A stretch of DNA of 64,000 bases. Origin: Moniliella sp. 'wahieum'. Taxonomy: Eukaryota. Each line of letters opens with the position of its first letter. The first letter of the stretch is position 1. Location: positions 744,001-808,000 of the forward strand of contig RSEE01000009.1 in assembly GCA_003971905.1 (NCBI GenBank), in the 5' to 3' direction. Positions 50,655-62,854 of this stretch are shown here, in pieces. The notes beneath the pieces are model-generated. The model was given only the letters and a program-made list of their open reading frames with translations. It did no database searches and was not told the origin of the DNA. Both the position numbers and the translations under genes were made by a program.

Positions 50655-52425
50655 ATGCCACCCATGCGCATCCTCGCTGCTGCGCACCCCTCACGGCCGC
50701 CGCCGTTGTGCGCCGCGTGTGTATATGCTGCCCGGCCCCGGCGCTTCCCGCCCCTTCTCCTCCCGCGCCGCCTTGCCACCTGCGAGCGGCCTGCCCCGCT
50801 CCAGTTCCAGCATGGCGCCTATGGCATTCCCAAGCGCGTGCCATTAAACTCGCCCCTCCCTGCCGCCGCTCGCCCCGAACGCAAGACTGGAGGTGCGCTG
50901 GGCAGTGTTCTGGGCTGGTTCCACCCCCCCTCGCCTCCTCCCGAGCGCGATCCGGACCGAGCTGATGACTCTTCCCTAGCCCCAGCCCCCGCTGCTGGCT
51001 CCGATCCTTCTGCTCTCGCTTCTTCCGCCACATCCCTTTCATCCCACCCCTCCACCTCTGCCTCTCTGCAGACATCACACATGCTCCCGCCTCTGTCCCC
51101 GCCCCCGAGCGGGTGCCCCCTATACCCCGCGACCATGTGGCGCCATATGCGCTACCTCCCTGTCCACCTGGGGCGCCCGTGCGCGATGCACAGGGACGCA
51201 TCTTGCCTGATCATCTGCGCAGCGTACAGGTGGGGGAGGATGCGTTCTTTCTTCGTCCCGATGCCATGGGTGTGGCAGATGGGGTGGGCGGATGGACCTC
51301 TCGGCCGGGGGCCAACGCCGACTTTTTTCGCGACTGTTGATGCACTTCACCTCGGTCGAGCTCTCCCGGTCCGCGGGCTCGCCGACCGTGTCTGCCTGGT
51401 CCCCCACACCTTTTCACCCGCGTCCCTAGTCACTGCACCTGCGGCGGATGTGTGGGCCCTGTGCGACCCTGTGGAGGTGCTGCGCTTGGCGTGGCGGCGC
51501 AGTGTGCGGGTGTTTATGGAAGAAGGCTTGCTTGGTTCATCAACTGCGCTGATTGCGGTTCTCAAGCAGCAGGAGATGCGGATCGCTAATATGGGTGACT
51601 GTGTTCTGCTCCTCATTCGCGATGGAGACATCCTCTTTCGCTCCACCGAACAGCAGCATTCGTTTAACTTTCCACTGCAGCTCGGCATGATGGGAGATAC
51701 GGCGGATGCAGCGCGGACGCGGATGCGAGAGAAGGCGAAGATGGCTTCGATTGCTGCGCGCCTCCGACGTAACGCCCAAACCGCCTCCGAGCAGGGAAAC
51801 AGCGAGCAACACAACATGCTTTTGGCTCAGGCAGATGCCTTGGACCCTGCGCAACACGACCCTTTGGCCCATGAGGACTTGAACGCCCCCCTTCCTTTGC
51901 ACAAGGATGGTATCGACCCCAGCAGGTTCGTGGAGGACGACCTACCTTCCCTGCCGGCCGATCCCGAATGGGACGAGCCGCGGCGAGATGCCGGCCGTTG
52001 GACGATCGCTGTGGTGCCGGGACATTGTCATTTTGGGTTCGGATGGATTGTTAGACAACTTGTTCGACGATGACATTCTCGAAGAGGTTCTCCGTTTCAC
52101 CTCCCCACCTGGCGCTGAAACAGCAGAGACCAATTTCCCTGCAGGAGTGCCGAGCGACTTTAGTCCACAGGCTGTGGCGGAAGCGCTGTGCCGGCGGGCT
52201 AAGTTTGTCGCCGAATCGTCACGGACGATCACGTCGCCGTTTCAGGAACGTGCGATGGAAGAGGGCTTGAATTACGTTGGTGGCAAGAACGACGATATCT
52301 CGGTCCTTGTCTCGGTCATCCAAGCTGCCCCGTCTGCTTCGGCCCATACTGCGCCCGAAACAGGTTCGGCCGACCCGAACGACAATCCCACGCGATCCTG
52401 GTCTCCTATGGCAGCTACGCCTTGA
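50655..52425 (+). CDS. PTC7: Ptc7/Azr1-type PP2C phosphatase (likely mitochondrial); frameshifts, start approximate
   Basis: GEDAFFLRPDAMGVADGVGGW, GSSTALIAVL, IANMGDC, EQQHSFNFPLQLG, DIVILGSDGLLDNLFDDDI, SPFQERA..GGKNDDISV. Confidence 0.88.
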
Positions 52426-53482
52426 CACTGGGCCCATTTCCTCCTCTCTCCCTTACTCTATGGTTGGTCTTCCCACCCAAGCCTCGCACGATTATGCTAC
52501 CTATCTCCCAACGCTCTTTCCCCCCTTTCACTTGTCACCCGTCACCCCTGGCTCCGGTCTACATGTCATCTCTGCCCGCCCCTACTGCCTCTTTAGGATG
52601 GGCGTGGGTGTCATTTGCATTTTCCCTTTTGTTTGTTATTCTCTAACACTTCTTTTCCTGGCAGTGTGACATGTAGTAGGCATACTGACAGAAAGCCTGA
52701 AGAAGAGCAGGATAGCTGAGGACAAGCAGAATCACTGAAAACTAGCAGAACACACAGTAGTGTTGATAACGTTGATGCCAGTGCATGGTAATGCAGCGGC
52801 AGGTCGACGATGAGGCTCAGCGTTTCAGCGCAGGCTGAGCGCCCCTGAGGCTCTATTTTGTCGTTGCTTTGATAACGTTGATACGTTAATATTCCTGTGT
52901 GTGTGGGAACTGGGCTTGGCAAAGCGACCTGAGGGAGACCTGACCTCTTGCGACGTACGGAGGCCCCCGCGGAATCGTTGATATGATCTGTTAGACAACA
53001 GAGGCTGTAGTGGTGCCTTGCAGGCATAGACGGATGAGGCCGACTGAAGTGGTTGAGGTACAGCGTACAGCAAAAATACAGCAAAAGCCCTTCGAGATAT
53101 GCCAAGGCCAAGGGAGATCTGAGATCGGACACATGATGCATGATGCCCTCGTGATGTCACATGTTACCTCACATTCTCACATTCCATCTGCTGAGCTCAG
53201 CCTGAGCCATGAGGCTCACGCGCTCACACGACCTCGTTCTCCATCGCCGGAATGATGGTGGGGGGTGGCTTGAGAATCGTCTCGGTGATTGATTGTTTGT
53301 TTTAAATGACCCTAGCCGTCATGCTTCATGATGCATGATGCTGAAGAGCCAACTCTGCCACGTGGCATATGGCTTGGGAACTTGTTTCAACGCTCGCCGC
53401 GGACTTCGCGCTCTACTTTACGTCGAAGCGGACGGACGCGGCCCCTTCCACTCACTGACTCACCACCACCTCTTTCTCCCCC

Positions 53483-55022
53483 ATGCTGGAGGCGGTCAAA
53501 TCTTCATGGATCACGCCGAGAAATGGGCGGACGACGAGACGGTGCCCTGGAAACCGGTCATTCTCGCTACCGTCCTGCTCGTCTGGGCGTTCGAGACGTA
53601 CGTGGCGCTTCGACAGTACCGCCTCTTCTCACGTCCCACGCCCCCGGCCGCGCTTGCGACCCATGTGGACCTTGACACCTACCACAAGACTTCTTCCTAC
53701 AGCCGCGACAAGGCGCGTTTCAACTTTGTCAAAGGTGCTGTTCATACTGCCACCGTCTGACCCTCATTTACACCAACGGGTTTGCTGCCCTCTGGCGTGG
53801 GGCCGGCGAACTGCTGCAATGGACAGGACTGCTTCCCGACAATGAGGTATGTGGTGGGCACGGAACACTGGGGAAGCTTTGACTGACAGTTCCTGATGTT
53901 GATGTGGTTGCAACTTGGATCCAGATTGTGCGTTCGATCGTCTACGTTTCGGCGATGTTCATCGTCCGGACGATCCCGGACATGCCGCTGGAGATCTACT
54001 ATCACTTTGTCGTCGAGGAGCGGCACGGGTTCAATAAGCTTACGCCGGCGATCTATGTGAAGGACACACTGATATCCGGGTGATGAGTTTTATCATTGGC
54101 TCGCCGTTTATCGCGGCCATTGTTGGATCATCCGATGGGCTGGCGATGCTTTCGCTACGTATGTGGCAGCATTCCTGTTGGTCTGGGTCCTGATTGCTCA
54201 GGTCTCTACCCTTTGTTGATCCAGCCTCTGTTCAACAAGCTCACACCCTGCCCGATGGTTTGCTGCGCGAGCGTGTCTTTGCTCTGGGGCTCGCTCAAAT
54301 TCCCTTTGAAGCACGTCTATGTGATTGATGGTTCACGTCGTTCATCCACAGCAATGCTTACTTATGGCATGATTCCTGGCGGGCCCAAGCACATTGTGCT
54401 GTATGATACCTTGATTGAAAAAGCTACCCCAGACGAAGTGGAGGCCGTTGGCGCATGAGCTGGGTCATTGGTCTCACAAGGACAACCTCAAGCTGTGTGC
54501 GGTTGCCCAGCTGCAAATTTGGTTCCAGATGGCCCTTTTGGCTCTCTTTATCCACAATCACGCCCTCTTTCATGCATTTGGCTCCCCACAGGCCCAACCA
54601 ACGTCCTTCCAGTCCTGGTGGGGATGGAATTGTTCCAGCTGGTTGTGTCGCCTCTGGATACGGTAATTGAGTTTGTGCTGAACGCGATTGTGCGCCGGAT
54701 CGAGTACCAAGCAGATTCGTTCGCATGCCACGCCGCACGCCCTGCTCCTACGCCCTCGAGGTGGAGGAGACTACGAACCAGGCAAAAGCGGTCAACATGC
54801 CGCCCAAGGACGCATTGGCTGTGCTGGAACAGACACTGCCAAAGGATATGCCGAGTTGCTAAAACAAGCGCTGATCAAACTCGGCATCCAAAACCTGTCC
54901 GCCATGCACAATGACCCCTCTACTCGGCGATGCATCACTCGCATCCTACCCTCGCCGAGCGCCTGTTGGCCATCGAACGGATCCAGATCCAGATGCGCGA
55001 ACAGGAGCGCAAGGATCAGTGA
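53483..55022 (+). CDS. STE24: Ste24 CAAX prenyl protease (peptidase M48); many frameshifts
   Basis: VWAFETYVALRQY, FVVEERHGFNKLT, YPLLIQPLFNKLTP, FPLKHVYVIDGSRRS, KHIVLYDTLI, zinc motif AHELGHW, RRIEYQADSFA, HHSHPTLAERL. Confidence 0.92.
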
Positions 55023-55541
55023 TGAGCGATTGGGATCAGTCATGTCCTTCTTTTTTTCTTGCCTGCCTTCTTCCTGGCCGCTTACCTTTCTCATGATCCC
55101 CTCCTGTTCCCTCACGCATTGCTGGCCTCGTCTGCATCGCATTGTGGACAATGACCTCAATCACTCCTTCCTTCTCGTCTCGTCGCTAGCATTCGTCCGC
55201 TGCCACCTTTTCCAATCGTCTTGAATACTGTCTGGATACATGGTACCCACAATGCATCCTTGCAACCGCCGTCATACCTGCTATGCAAGTCCAGACTTAC
55301 GAAACAAATCGCCTACCCTGTGCAATCATCCTCCCCAATAATCGGAAAGGGCAGCCAAGGCAAGCATCCGAACGTACGAACCTGGATGTTAAGGTAAAGC
55401 GGTAGCGGAGGTGTACGTATGCGAAGCGCTCGTCCTGCTTTCGGCTGAACTGAACGCCAAGCGGCGATCGCGCAGGAGCTAGATAGACTGCACGTCCAGC
55501 GAACCAAGCGGTACCAAAAAGGAAAGGACGCCTTGTCGGCT

Positions 55542-55622
55542 CGAACGACGCAGGGGTCGAACCTGCAACCTCCTGATTACAACCAGTCGTAGTCAGACGC
55601 GCTACCATTGCGCCAGCCGTCC
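55542..55622 (-). tRNA. tRNA-Arg (anticodon ACG) with 9-nt intron
   Basis: Reverse complement GGACGGC TGGCGCAATGGTAGCGCG TCTGA CTACGA [ctggttgta] A TCAGG AGGTT GCAGG TTCGACC CCTGC GTCGTTC G folds as a cloverleaf. Intron 55578-55586 follows position 37. Oligo-T terminator at 55516-55520. Confidence 0.93.
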
Positions 55623-55894
55623 CATGGAGGGGATGACGCCTTCTGTGTGTCATGCTCATTCGATCCTGTGACGCCACACTGGTGTAGTGGCGCCGGTAGC
55701 CCAAGTCCGGAACCTTCTGGTTTGTTCCGTGCAATATTCCTTCCTGGCTGGCAGGAATATTCTCTAGCCTCTGTAGCTCATGTGCAATGCAATACACTAC
55801 CAACTGCCTGCTCTCTGGTCTATACAGATCCACCGTCTTGATGCACCCACCGGATGGAAGAAAACAATGCCCATGTCGATCTCGTCCTTCGGAT

Positions 55895-55975
55895 GCGCGA
55901 TGATCGATGATCGAGTAACGCGTAACGTGACTGGGCTGTTCAATGTACAACGTACAACGTTCAACGTTCAACGCT
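55895..55975. repeat. Cluster of three different 7-bp-period microrepeats upstream of the PKA regulatory gene
   Basis: (GATGATC)x2 55899-55912, gtaacgcgtaacg 55915-55927, (GTTCAAC)x2 55959-55972. Confidence 0.85.
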
Positions 55976-56200
55976 TGTCGCTTGTCTGAGAGGGTTCGTG
56001 TTCAATTCTTCAATGTTCTATTCTGCTGTGTCTGAGCAGCGCTTAGGTTGCCCTTAGTATTATTGGCCAGGCCGCGGCAAGCCACCCACGACAGGAGACC
56101 TGGGCGCATTGGCTGGCCCGAGCGAGGAACCTCGTTTCAGCCTGCCATCTTCTTCGATTTTTTCCGTAGCCCCACCACCCCTTCCTGCCATCTTCTCGTC

Positions 56201-57872
56201 ATGGCAGCCTGTCCAGACGAGTTTATTCTCATTCTCAACGAACTCAACCGCGACGTTGCCCGCGCCCGTCCCTCGGACCCGCTCCAATTCTGCGCGAATT
56301 GGTTCCAACACAAGCTGGCGCTCCAACGGCAAGCCCTGCGCAAAGACACCCCCCCTACAACCCGTACCTCTGACCCTCCGCAAGCAGGCAACCCGCCCGC
56401 TCTCGATGTCGCACCAGATGCAACGGGGCCTAGTGAGGCGGAAAACCCTTTCGCCGGGTTCGGTTTCCCGCCCGTTGCGGCCCCTGCCACTAGCGTTCCT
56501 GCCGCCGACGCACCGCCCCTGTTCCGCAACTCGTGGGACAGCAATGCCAGTACCGAGTCGACTGAAGAGGAGGCCGACTTGCCTGACCTTGTCCAGTTTA
56601 ACCCGGGTCTTCTAGGCCTCTCCCGCCGCACCTCTGTCTCGGCCGAGTCGATCCGCCCCGATAGCCAGCCTGTCACTTCGTCCCGCGCAGCCCGACGGGC
56701 TTCCATGTTTCCCAAAACGGATACCCAACAGCATCGCATTCGCGAGGCGGTCGGTGACCATCTTCTCTTCCGCAATTTGGAGGAAGAGCAGTACAACGAG
56801 GTGGTGATGGCCATGAAGGAGATGCAAGTGGCCGAGGGAGTATCGGTGATCCAACAAGGCGATGAGGAAGGAGACTACTTTATGTGGTGGAGAGGGGGTC
56901 GCTGGATGTGTTCAAACGGGACAACGAGGCCGACTCGGCGAGTGGTCTGGGGACCAATGTGACCAGTTACGGGCCCGGTGCTACGTTTGGCGAACTGGCG
57001 CTCATGTACGCCCAGCCGCGGGCGGCGACCGTGCTGACCACGTCGCCTTGCACTCTGTGGGCGGTGGATCGAGTGACATTCCGAACTATTTTGTTGGAAA
57101 GCTCCTCGAGGCAGAGGACGTTGTTTGACAGCTTCCTCAAAGAGGTGCCTCTGTTTGACCATATGCGGGATGAGGAACGGGCAAAGATTGCGGATGCGCT
57201 CGAGGTGCGCGTCTATTCCGTTGGCGACCGACCCATTCAGCAAGGCGAGCGGGGCAAGGACTTTTTTATCATCATCGAAGGGTATGCCGAGGTTCGAAAG
57301 CGCAAGACAAAGGCAGTGCCGAGTACCCCAGGTCGCACGGGCTTTACCGGGGAGGGGGAAGTGGTTGTTGGTCATCTTGGTCGAGGCGACTACTTTGGCG
57401 AGTTGGCCCTGCTGAATAATGCGCCGCGCGTGGCATCGATTGTTGCGGCTGACCGGCCTGGAGAGGAGGAGAGGAGGAGGAGGAGGAGGAGGAGGAGGAG
57501 GAGGAGGAGGAGGAAGATGGGTCGCGAATGGAGGATTTGCAGACCGAGGATGGGCCCGTGGAGTCACGGCCAACAAAGCGGATCAAGTGCGGCGATGGGA
57601 AACTAAAAGTGGCGCTGCTGAGCGAACGGGCATTCACGCGTCTGCTCGGCCCGCTGGCAGGTATCATGAGCCGACATGCTAGGGAACGGTATGGAACGGG
57701 ATTGACCCCTTCGTTTCCCGACATCAAACCCGATCTCAACCACCGTGCGCCTGACGAAGTTGGGCCAGCGGGCGAGGCAGCAGCGGGCAAGGCAGGCGGC
57801 ACCGATGTGGAGCTGGTTTCCGAGTCGGTCTCGGCGGCTCAGGGTTGGTTTGAAGGATCGCCATTTGCGTAG
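56201..57872 (+). CDS. BCY1: cAMP-dependent protein kinase regulatory subunit (Bcy1/Ubc1/PkaR); frameshifts near 56882 and 57470
   Basis: D/D domain ELNRDVARARPSDPLQFCANWF and inhibitor site RRTSVSAES. CNB-A: FGELALMYAQPRAAT. CNB-B: YFGELALLNNAPRVAS, AFTRLLGP. Confidence 0.95.
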
Positions 57873-58404
57873 CTTCCAATAGCGCGTACTGGCCGACCAA
57901 CACGCGCATGGCAGGTATGGCCGATAACGGGACGGGGACGGGGTTACTGCGGTGCAGATGGAAGATTATCAGTGGCGATGTCTGCCTGAAGCCCGAGGGT
58001 CTAATCAATCTAATCAACGTGATTTAGGGCCTTCCCTTCTCCTTTCCCTGGCATGCTGCTACCGACGACGGGGCTCTGCCACTCTGCTGCACAGAGCGTA
58101 GTTAAACAAAAGAAGCTTCCTCGCAACAAACTTACCTTTGCAATTGCATGACGAATGGGCGATGGGGAAGACGATGGAAAGAGCTAGGTGTGGGACAGGG
58201 GGGCGCAAACGAACATTGGGGATGGGGATGGGGATGGGGATGGGGCTGTACCAGTGCTGTGCCGGCTGTACCAGGAGCGATTGGATTACGTGTACATGAG
58301 GGCGAGAGGTACTGTTGGTGAAAGGGAAAAATGGGGTAGAAGAGGCTGGGGCAGCAGGCACCTGTCGGGGCCAGTGGGGGGAGGAGGTCTGCGATACCAG
58401 GATG

Positions 58405-58805
58405 TATGGTCACCGGTCACCGGTCATCGATCATCAATCAGGTACGATCTGCGAGCCTACTGAGTTGTCCTTCGTGCCAAGGTGCGAATGACTGGTACGG
58501 CTGATGTAACCTGGAACGCGTAACGCCGGTAACCAGTAAGGCCTAAAGCTTAGGCCCAAGGCCTATGACTAAGAAACTTTCCCTCCGCCCGGTGCTGTGT
58601 GTTGCGGTCTTCCGGTTGGTTGGCTGGGGTGGCCGAGGCGGGCAGGCAGGCGGGCGGGCGCCGGGGACGCGGACGAAGGAACCCCAACCATCAGCGCCAG
58701 CAGCGCATCAGCCATCCCCACCCGTCCAGGTGCTGAGTGCGGGAGCCGCCCAGACAGTGCTCGCGCCTGTGCAATCACGCATCGGTCATCATGCATCATG
58801 CACCA
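58405..58805. repeat. Cluster of 7-bp-period microrepeats upstream of the acyl-CoA synthetase
   Basis: ggtcaccggtcaccggtcatcgatcatc (58408), aacgcgtaacg (58515), taaggcctaaagcttaggcccaaggccta (58537), tcatcatgcatcatgca (58786). Confidence 0.8.
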
Positions 58806-59217
58806 ACCTATCAGCATTCAATTATTCAACGCAGCCGTGCGGGGCACCGCCTCCTGTGCCTCCTTGCTTCTCTCGCCCATCTGCATCAATATTCAATCCG
58901 TCGGGTGGCCTTCGATGCTGCACCACCACAGACCTGCCAGGGGGCATGCCAGTGGCTGTACCCCGGCACACCCCCCGGTGCACTAACCCCGCACCACTGC
59001 CCTCGTGCCGCAGCAAGCATGCATCATGCTACTAACCCCGCCCATATATCCATCCAATTACCCCACCAGCGCCTGCGCCCGGCCTCCCGCCATGTCCGCC
59101 GCCTCCGCCTCTTCTACTTAAATGGCCTACCTCCTCCGCCTCCTCCGCCGCTATCAGCACCATCCCCACCCACCCCCACTCCTTCCCCTGCCTCGGCCAC
59201 TGCACTCGCTAGCCAAG

Positions 59218-61380
59218 ATGGATTCGACAGGCTTCGTGCCGCTGCGCTCCTCCCAGCCCCCGACAGACCGCCCCTTTGTCCCCGCATGGCTATCCGCGCC
59301 GGCACGCCTATCAACCACACCCCGCTCACCCCCGTGTCGTTTCTGTTGCGCTCCGCCCTCATTGCGCCTACGGCCCAGGCGGTCGTCCACCCCGAACGCA
59401 GCTACGGCTTCACCTACGGCCAATGGGCCGCTCGCTGCCTCAGCCTCACCTATGCCATCCGCTCTGCCCCCTCCTTCCGGCCGGGCACTCCAGTCGCCGT
59501 GGTTGCTCCCAACTGCCCTTTGATTCTGGAAGCCCACCAGGCCGTCCTAGCTGCAGATTCCTTTGTACTTCCTGTCAACGTCCGCAACACTCCTGCCGAG
59601 ATTAGCTACATCTTGGAGCACAGTGGCGCCAGCCTCATCCTCGTCGACCATGCCTTTACTCACCTCATCGAGCCTTACCACACCGAGAAGCGAGGGATCA
59701 CAGTGGTTGTCAGCCACGACACGGGCGGAGCTGAGGGGCTGTCGGTCGACCCATATGAGCAATTTCTCGATCAAGGCTGGCTTCAATGGCAACAAGCCAA
59801 CGAACACGCGGCTCAGCTGGCCCAATCTCAGGGTCGCAGTCTAGCCACTGCCCCTCGTGATTGGGAAACGGTACCAATGCCCGAGTCGGAGTTTAATCCG
59901 AGTTCGCTCTGCTACACCAGCGGAACAACGGGCAAGCCGAAAGGCGTCATCACCACCCTGCGCGGCTCCTACCTAGCCGCCTTGGCCAACGGTAAGTCCA
60001 GAGCCTCTCTTTTATTGCATGTGCAGGTTCAAAAAGCAATGACCCGCTGACGCTTTTTTTCCTGCTTCCAGCTTTTGAGATGCGTATGGACCACAATAGT
60101 GTCTATCTCTGGATTCTCCCGGCGTTCCATGCGAGCGGCTGGACGTATCCTTGGGCGGTGACGGCAGCATTGTCGTGCAATTACACCCTGCGTCGGGTGG
60201 ATTACGATGCGATCTGGGAGGCCTATCTGCACGGAGGCGTTACCCACGCCTGTGGTGCTCCCACGGTTCAAGTAGGGATCGTGTCCCACCCGAAGGCCAA
60301 GAACGTCAAAACGCCCACCCGTGCCACGATTCGCATCGGCGTAGCCGGCTCTGCCCCGACAGCTGCCCTGCTGGGACGGATGGAGAGCCTGGGCCTGATG
60401 CCCGTACCGCTATACGGTATGACGGAGACTTACGGCCCCATCACGCGGCGGTACGATGAGAAGGGCGGATTGGGTGAGGCATGGCAGCATCTCACTCCGG
60501 ACCAGCGAGCTCGTTTGATGGCGCAACAGGGACACGGTTTCTTGACTGCCGATGAGGCCCGTGTGATCCGGATTCCCAAGGACTTTGATGGTGATTGGAG
60601 CAAGGTCAAAGAGCCTGCGGAGGACGTGGCGGAGGATGGAACGGAGGTTGGAGAGGTGGTCATGCGTGGCAACATTGTCATGCGGGAGTACTTCAACGAC
60701 CCTGTGGCCACGGCCAAGGCGACAAAAGATGGGTACCTGTGCAGTGGTGACTTGGCTGTCCGTATGCCGGGGGGTGCGATTGCCATGCGGGATCGGTCCA
60801 AAGACATTGTCATCTCGGGTGGAGAGAACATTAGCACCACCATGGTCGAGCAAGAACTTACGGCGCATGAACTGGTGCGGGAATGCGCAATGGTCGCTCG
60901 CCCCCATCCTCGCTGGGGCGAGGCGGGACATGCGTGCGTGGTGCTTACCCCGGTGGGGCTGCGGACGCTTTTGGACAAGATGCATGCCCAGGCCAAGGCC
61001 GCCGGTCGTCCCTGCCCCAGTGTGAAGGCAGCGCAAGTACCCGAGGCAGATGCAGACAGCCACGACCGGGGCTTGGCGGCAGCTTGTGAGGCGCTGAACG
61101 CTGATCTGGACTGGCGCTTGGCTCTGACGCAGGAAATGAGGGCTTGGTGCAGGGAGCGGATGAGCCCCTTTGCTGTGCCAGCTTGGGTCGAGCTGGTACC
61201 TTACCTGCCCAAGGTCCCGACCGGCAAGGGCAGAAGAACGTGCTGCGTGAAAAAGTGCGGAAGTTGGACGCCGATTATCCTGTTCCCCTTGACCTGGTTA
61301 CTTCCAGTGCCAGTACCCACCAACCTACCGCTGAAGCCTCCAGTGGTTTCGTTCCGGACATGCCTGTCAGCAAGCTCTAG
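59218..61380 (+). CDS. AMP-binding acyl-CoA synthetase (short/medium-chain AAE-like), predicted peroxisomal (C-terminal SKL)
   Basis: NHTPLTPVSFLLRS, P-loop YTSGTTGKPKG, WILPAFHASGW, YGMTETYGP, SGDLA, DRSKDIVISGGENIS. Intron 59992-60071. One missing base at ~61229 restores PKVPTGKxQKNVLR and ends in VSKL-stop. Start uncertain (frameshift near 59285). Confidence 0.88.
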
Positions 61381-62577
61381 AATGGACATGCTCCACGATG
61401 AAGAGTAACGCAGCGTGTAGGACTCGTTCCTCATCCACTGATGTATACTTGTGTTGATATGAGATGTGTGCAGATGTGCTTGCCTATATATACGCTTATG
61501 TTCTCCAACCCACCATTCAATTGGGTAGTTCCTCAGGCCTTGTGTTCACTTCACCTCTTCTCTTTTACCTAGCCCGCTGTTTTCCGTCTCGCGACTACTT
61601 GAACGTAAGGGAGCGACACCTGCATGGCTGCTAGTACCGAGCCGACACGAAGGACTGTGGCGCCACAGAATAACACGGAGCCTTTCGGTGAAACTGAAGC
61701 GTCACTCGGGGCTTTTGTAAATATGAGATGCCACAGCCACCAGCGTTTGTCGACAGGCGTGTTATAGAGAACTGACAGATAGCATTAATCCATTTTGTCA
61801 GCGTCAAGATCCAGAGCATCTTCATCGTCGTTCATCGTTTTCTCGTTTGCTGGTTCGATTGACGCCGCATAATCATTTCACGAATCAACAGGGGAACCCA
61901 GGAGGGAGGAGGGACTACAACTCTTGGTTTGTACTCCTCTCTTCCCTCTCCACCGTCGGAGCCGCTGTTGGTCCCACTGGTGTCACCAGGTGGTTCTTCA
62001 GAGGGCGGTTCGTCAACTTCGACAGGAGTCTCACCACGGGCTCCGGCTCAGGTATCAACGTTGATACGTCCTGTGTCCCTCGGGCGGCGAGAGGCGTGTG
62101 TTAGTCCGACTGGGACCTCCTTTTGGTGCAGGAGGAAGGCATTCCGGAGTGGCAGTGCTGGCTCAACAGAAAGATGATGTGGCGGGAAAGGTGGTGGGCA
62201 GGGGCATGCGGTCCGCGCAAAAGGGATGCAGCTCTGTGGTCGCTTCACCACCAAGGGTCGAATTGAGGGCCTGTGGCGCCGCTGATTCATGGATCATCGA
62301 TCATCATGCATCACCCCAAAAAAGCGAAGCATAATGCTGGAGGTGGAATCATTAATCAGCGATTATCGATTAGAACACAGAGAGTAAGTTAGTACCTTGG
62401 CGCGCTCAACGTGCTCAACGTTGAGCTCAACGTTGAGCTCACCAGAAACACAAAGGGGTGGTTGATTATGGCATACTGTGCCCTGCGACGTGAGGCGCGT
62501 GTGAGGGGTAGGATCGCTCGAGGGGAGGAAGCATTATTTACCGTTCATCTCGCTCGTCGCTCGTGGCTCGTCCCGTT

Positions 62578-62811
62578 TGTTGAGCCATCAGGTGGCTCGT
62601 GCTTTGGCCAATGTCCTTCAGTTCCTCCTCAGGCCTAGGAGTTCCGTTGTTTTTTTCTCTCCTGTTTTTCCTTGTTCCGCAGCTTAGCCCCTGGTGGCGA
62701 CTCGCTGCTTGATGTTCCTCTGTACGCGTTGCTGGTTGGCTTACACCACCACCACCACCACTAGTGCGATTGCATCACCCTCGAGGACCATCTGGACTCC
62801 AGGTCTCATCA
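62578..62811. mobile_element. Solo LTR (family A), 234 bp
   Basis: TGTTGAG...CTCATCA with perfect 5-bp TSD CCGTT (62573-62577 and 62812-62816). Near-identical to 24573-24805, same orientation. Confidence 0.92.
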
Positions 62812-62854
62812 CCGTTGCCCTCGGGCTGAAGTGCAAAATGAGCCCCACATACTG

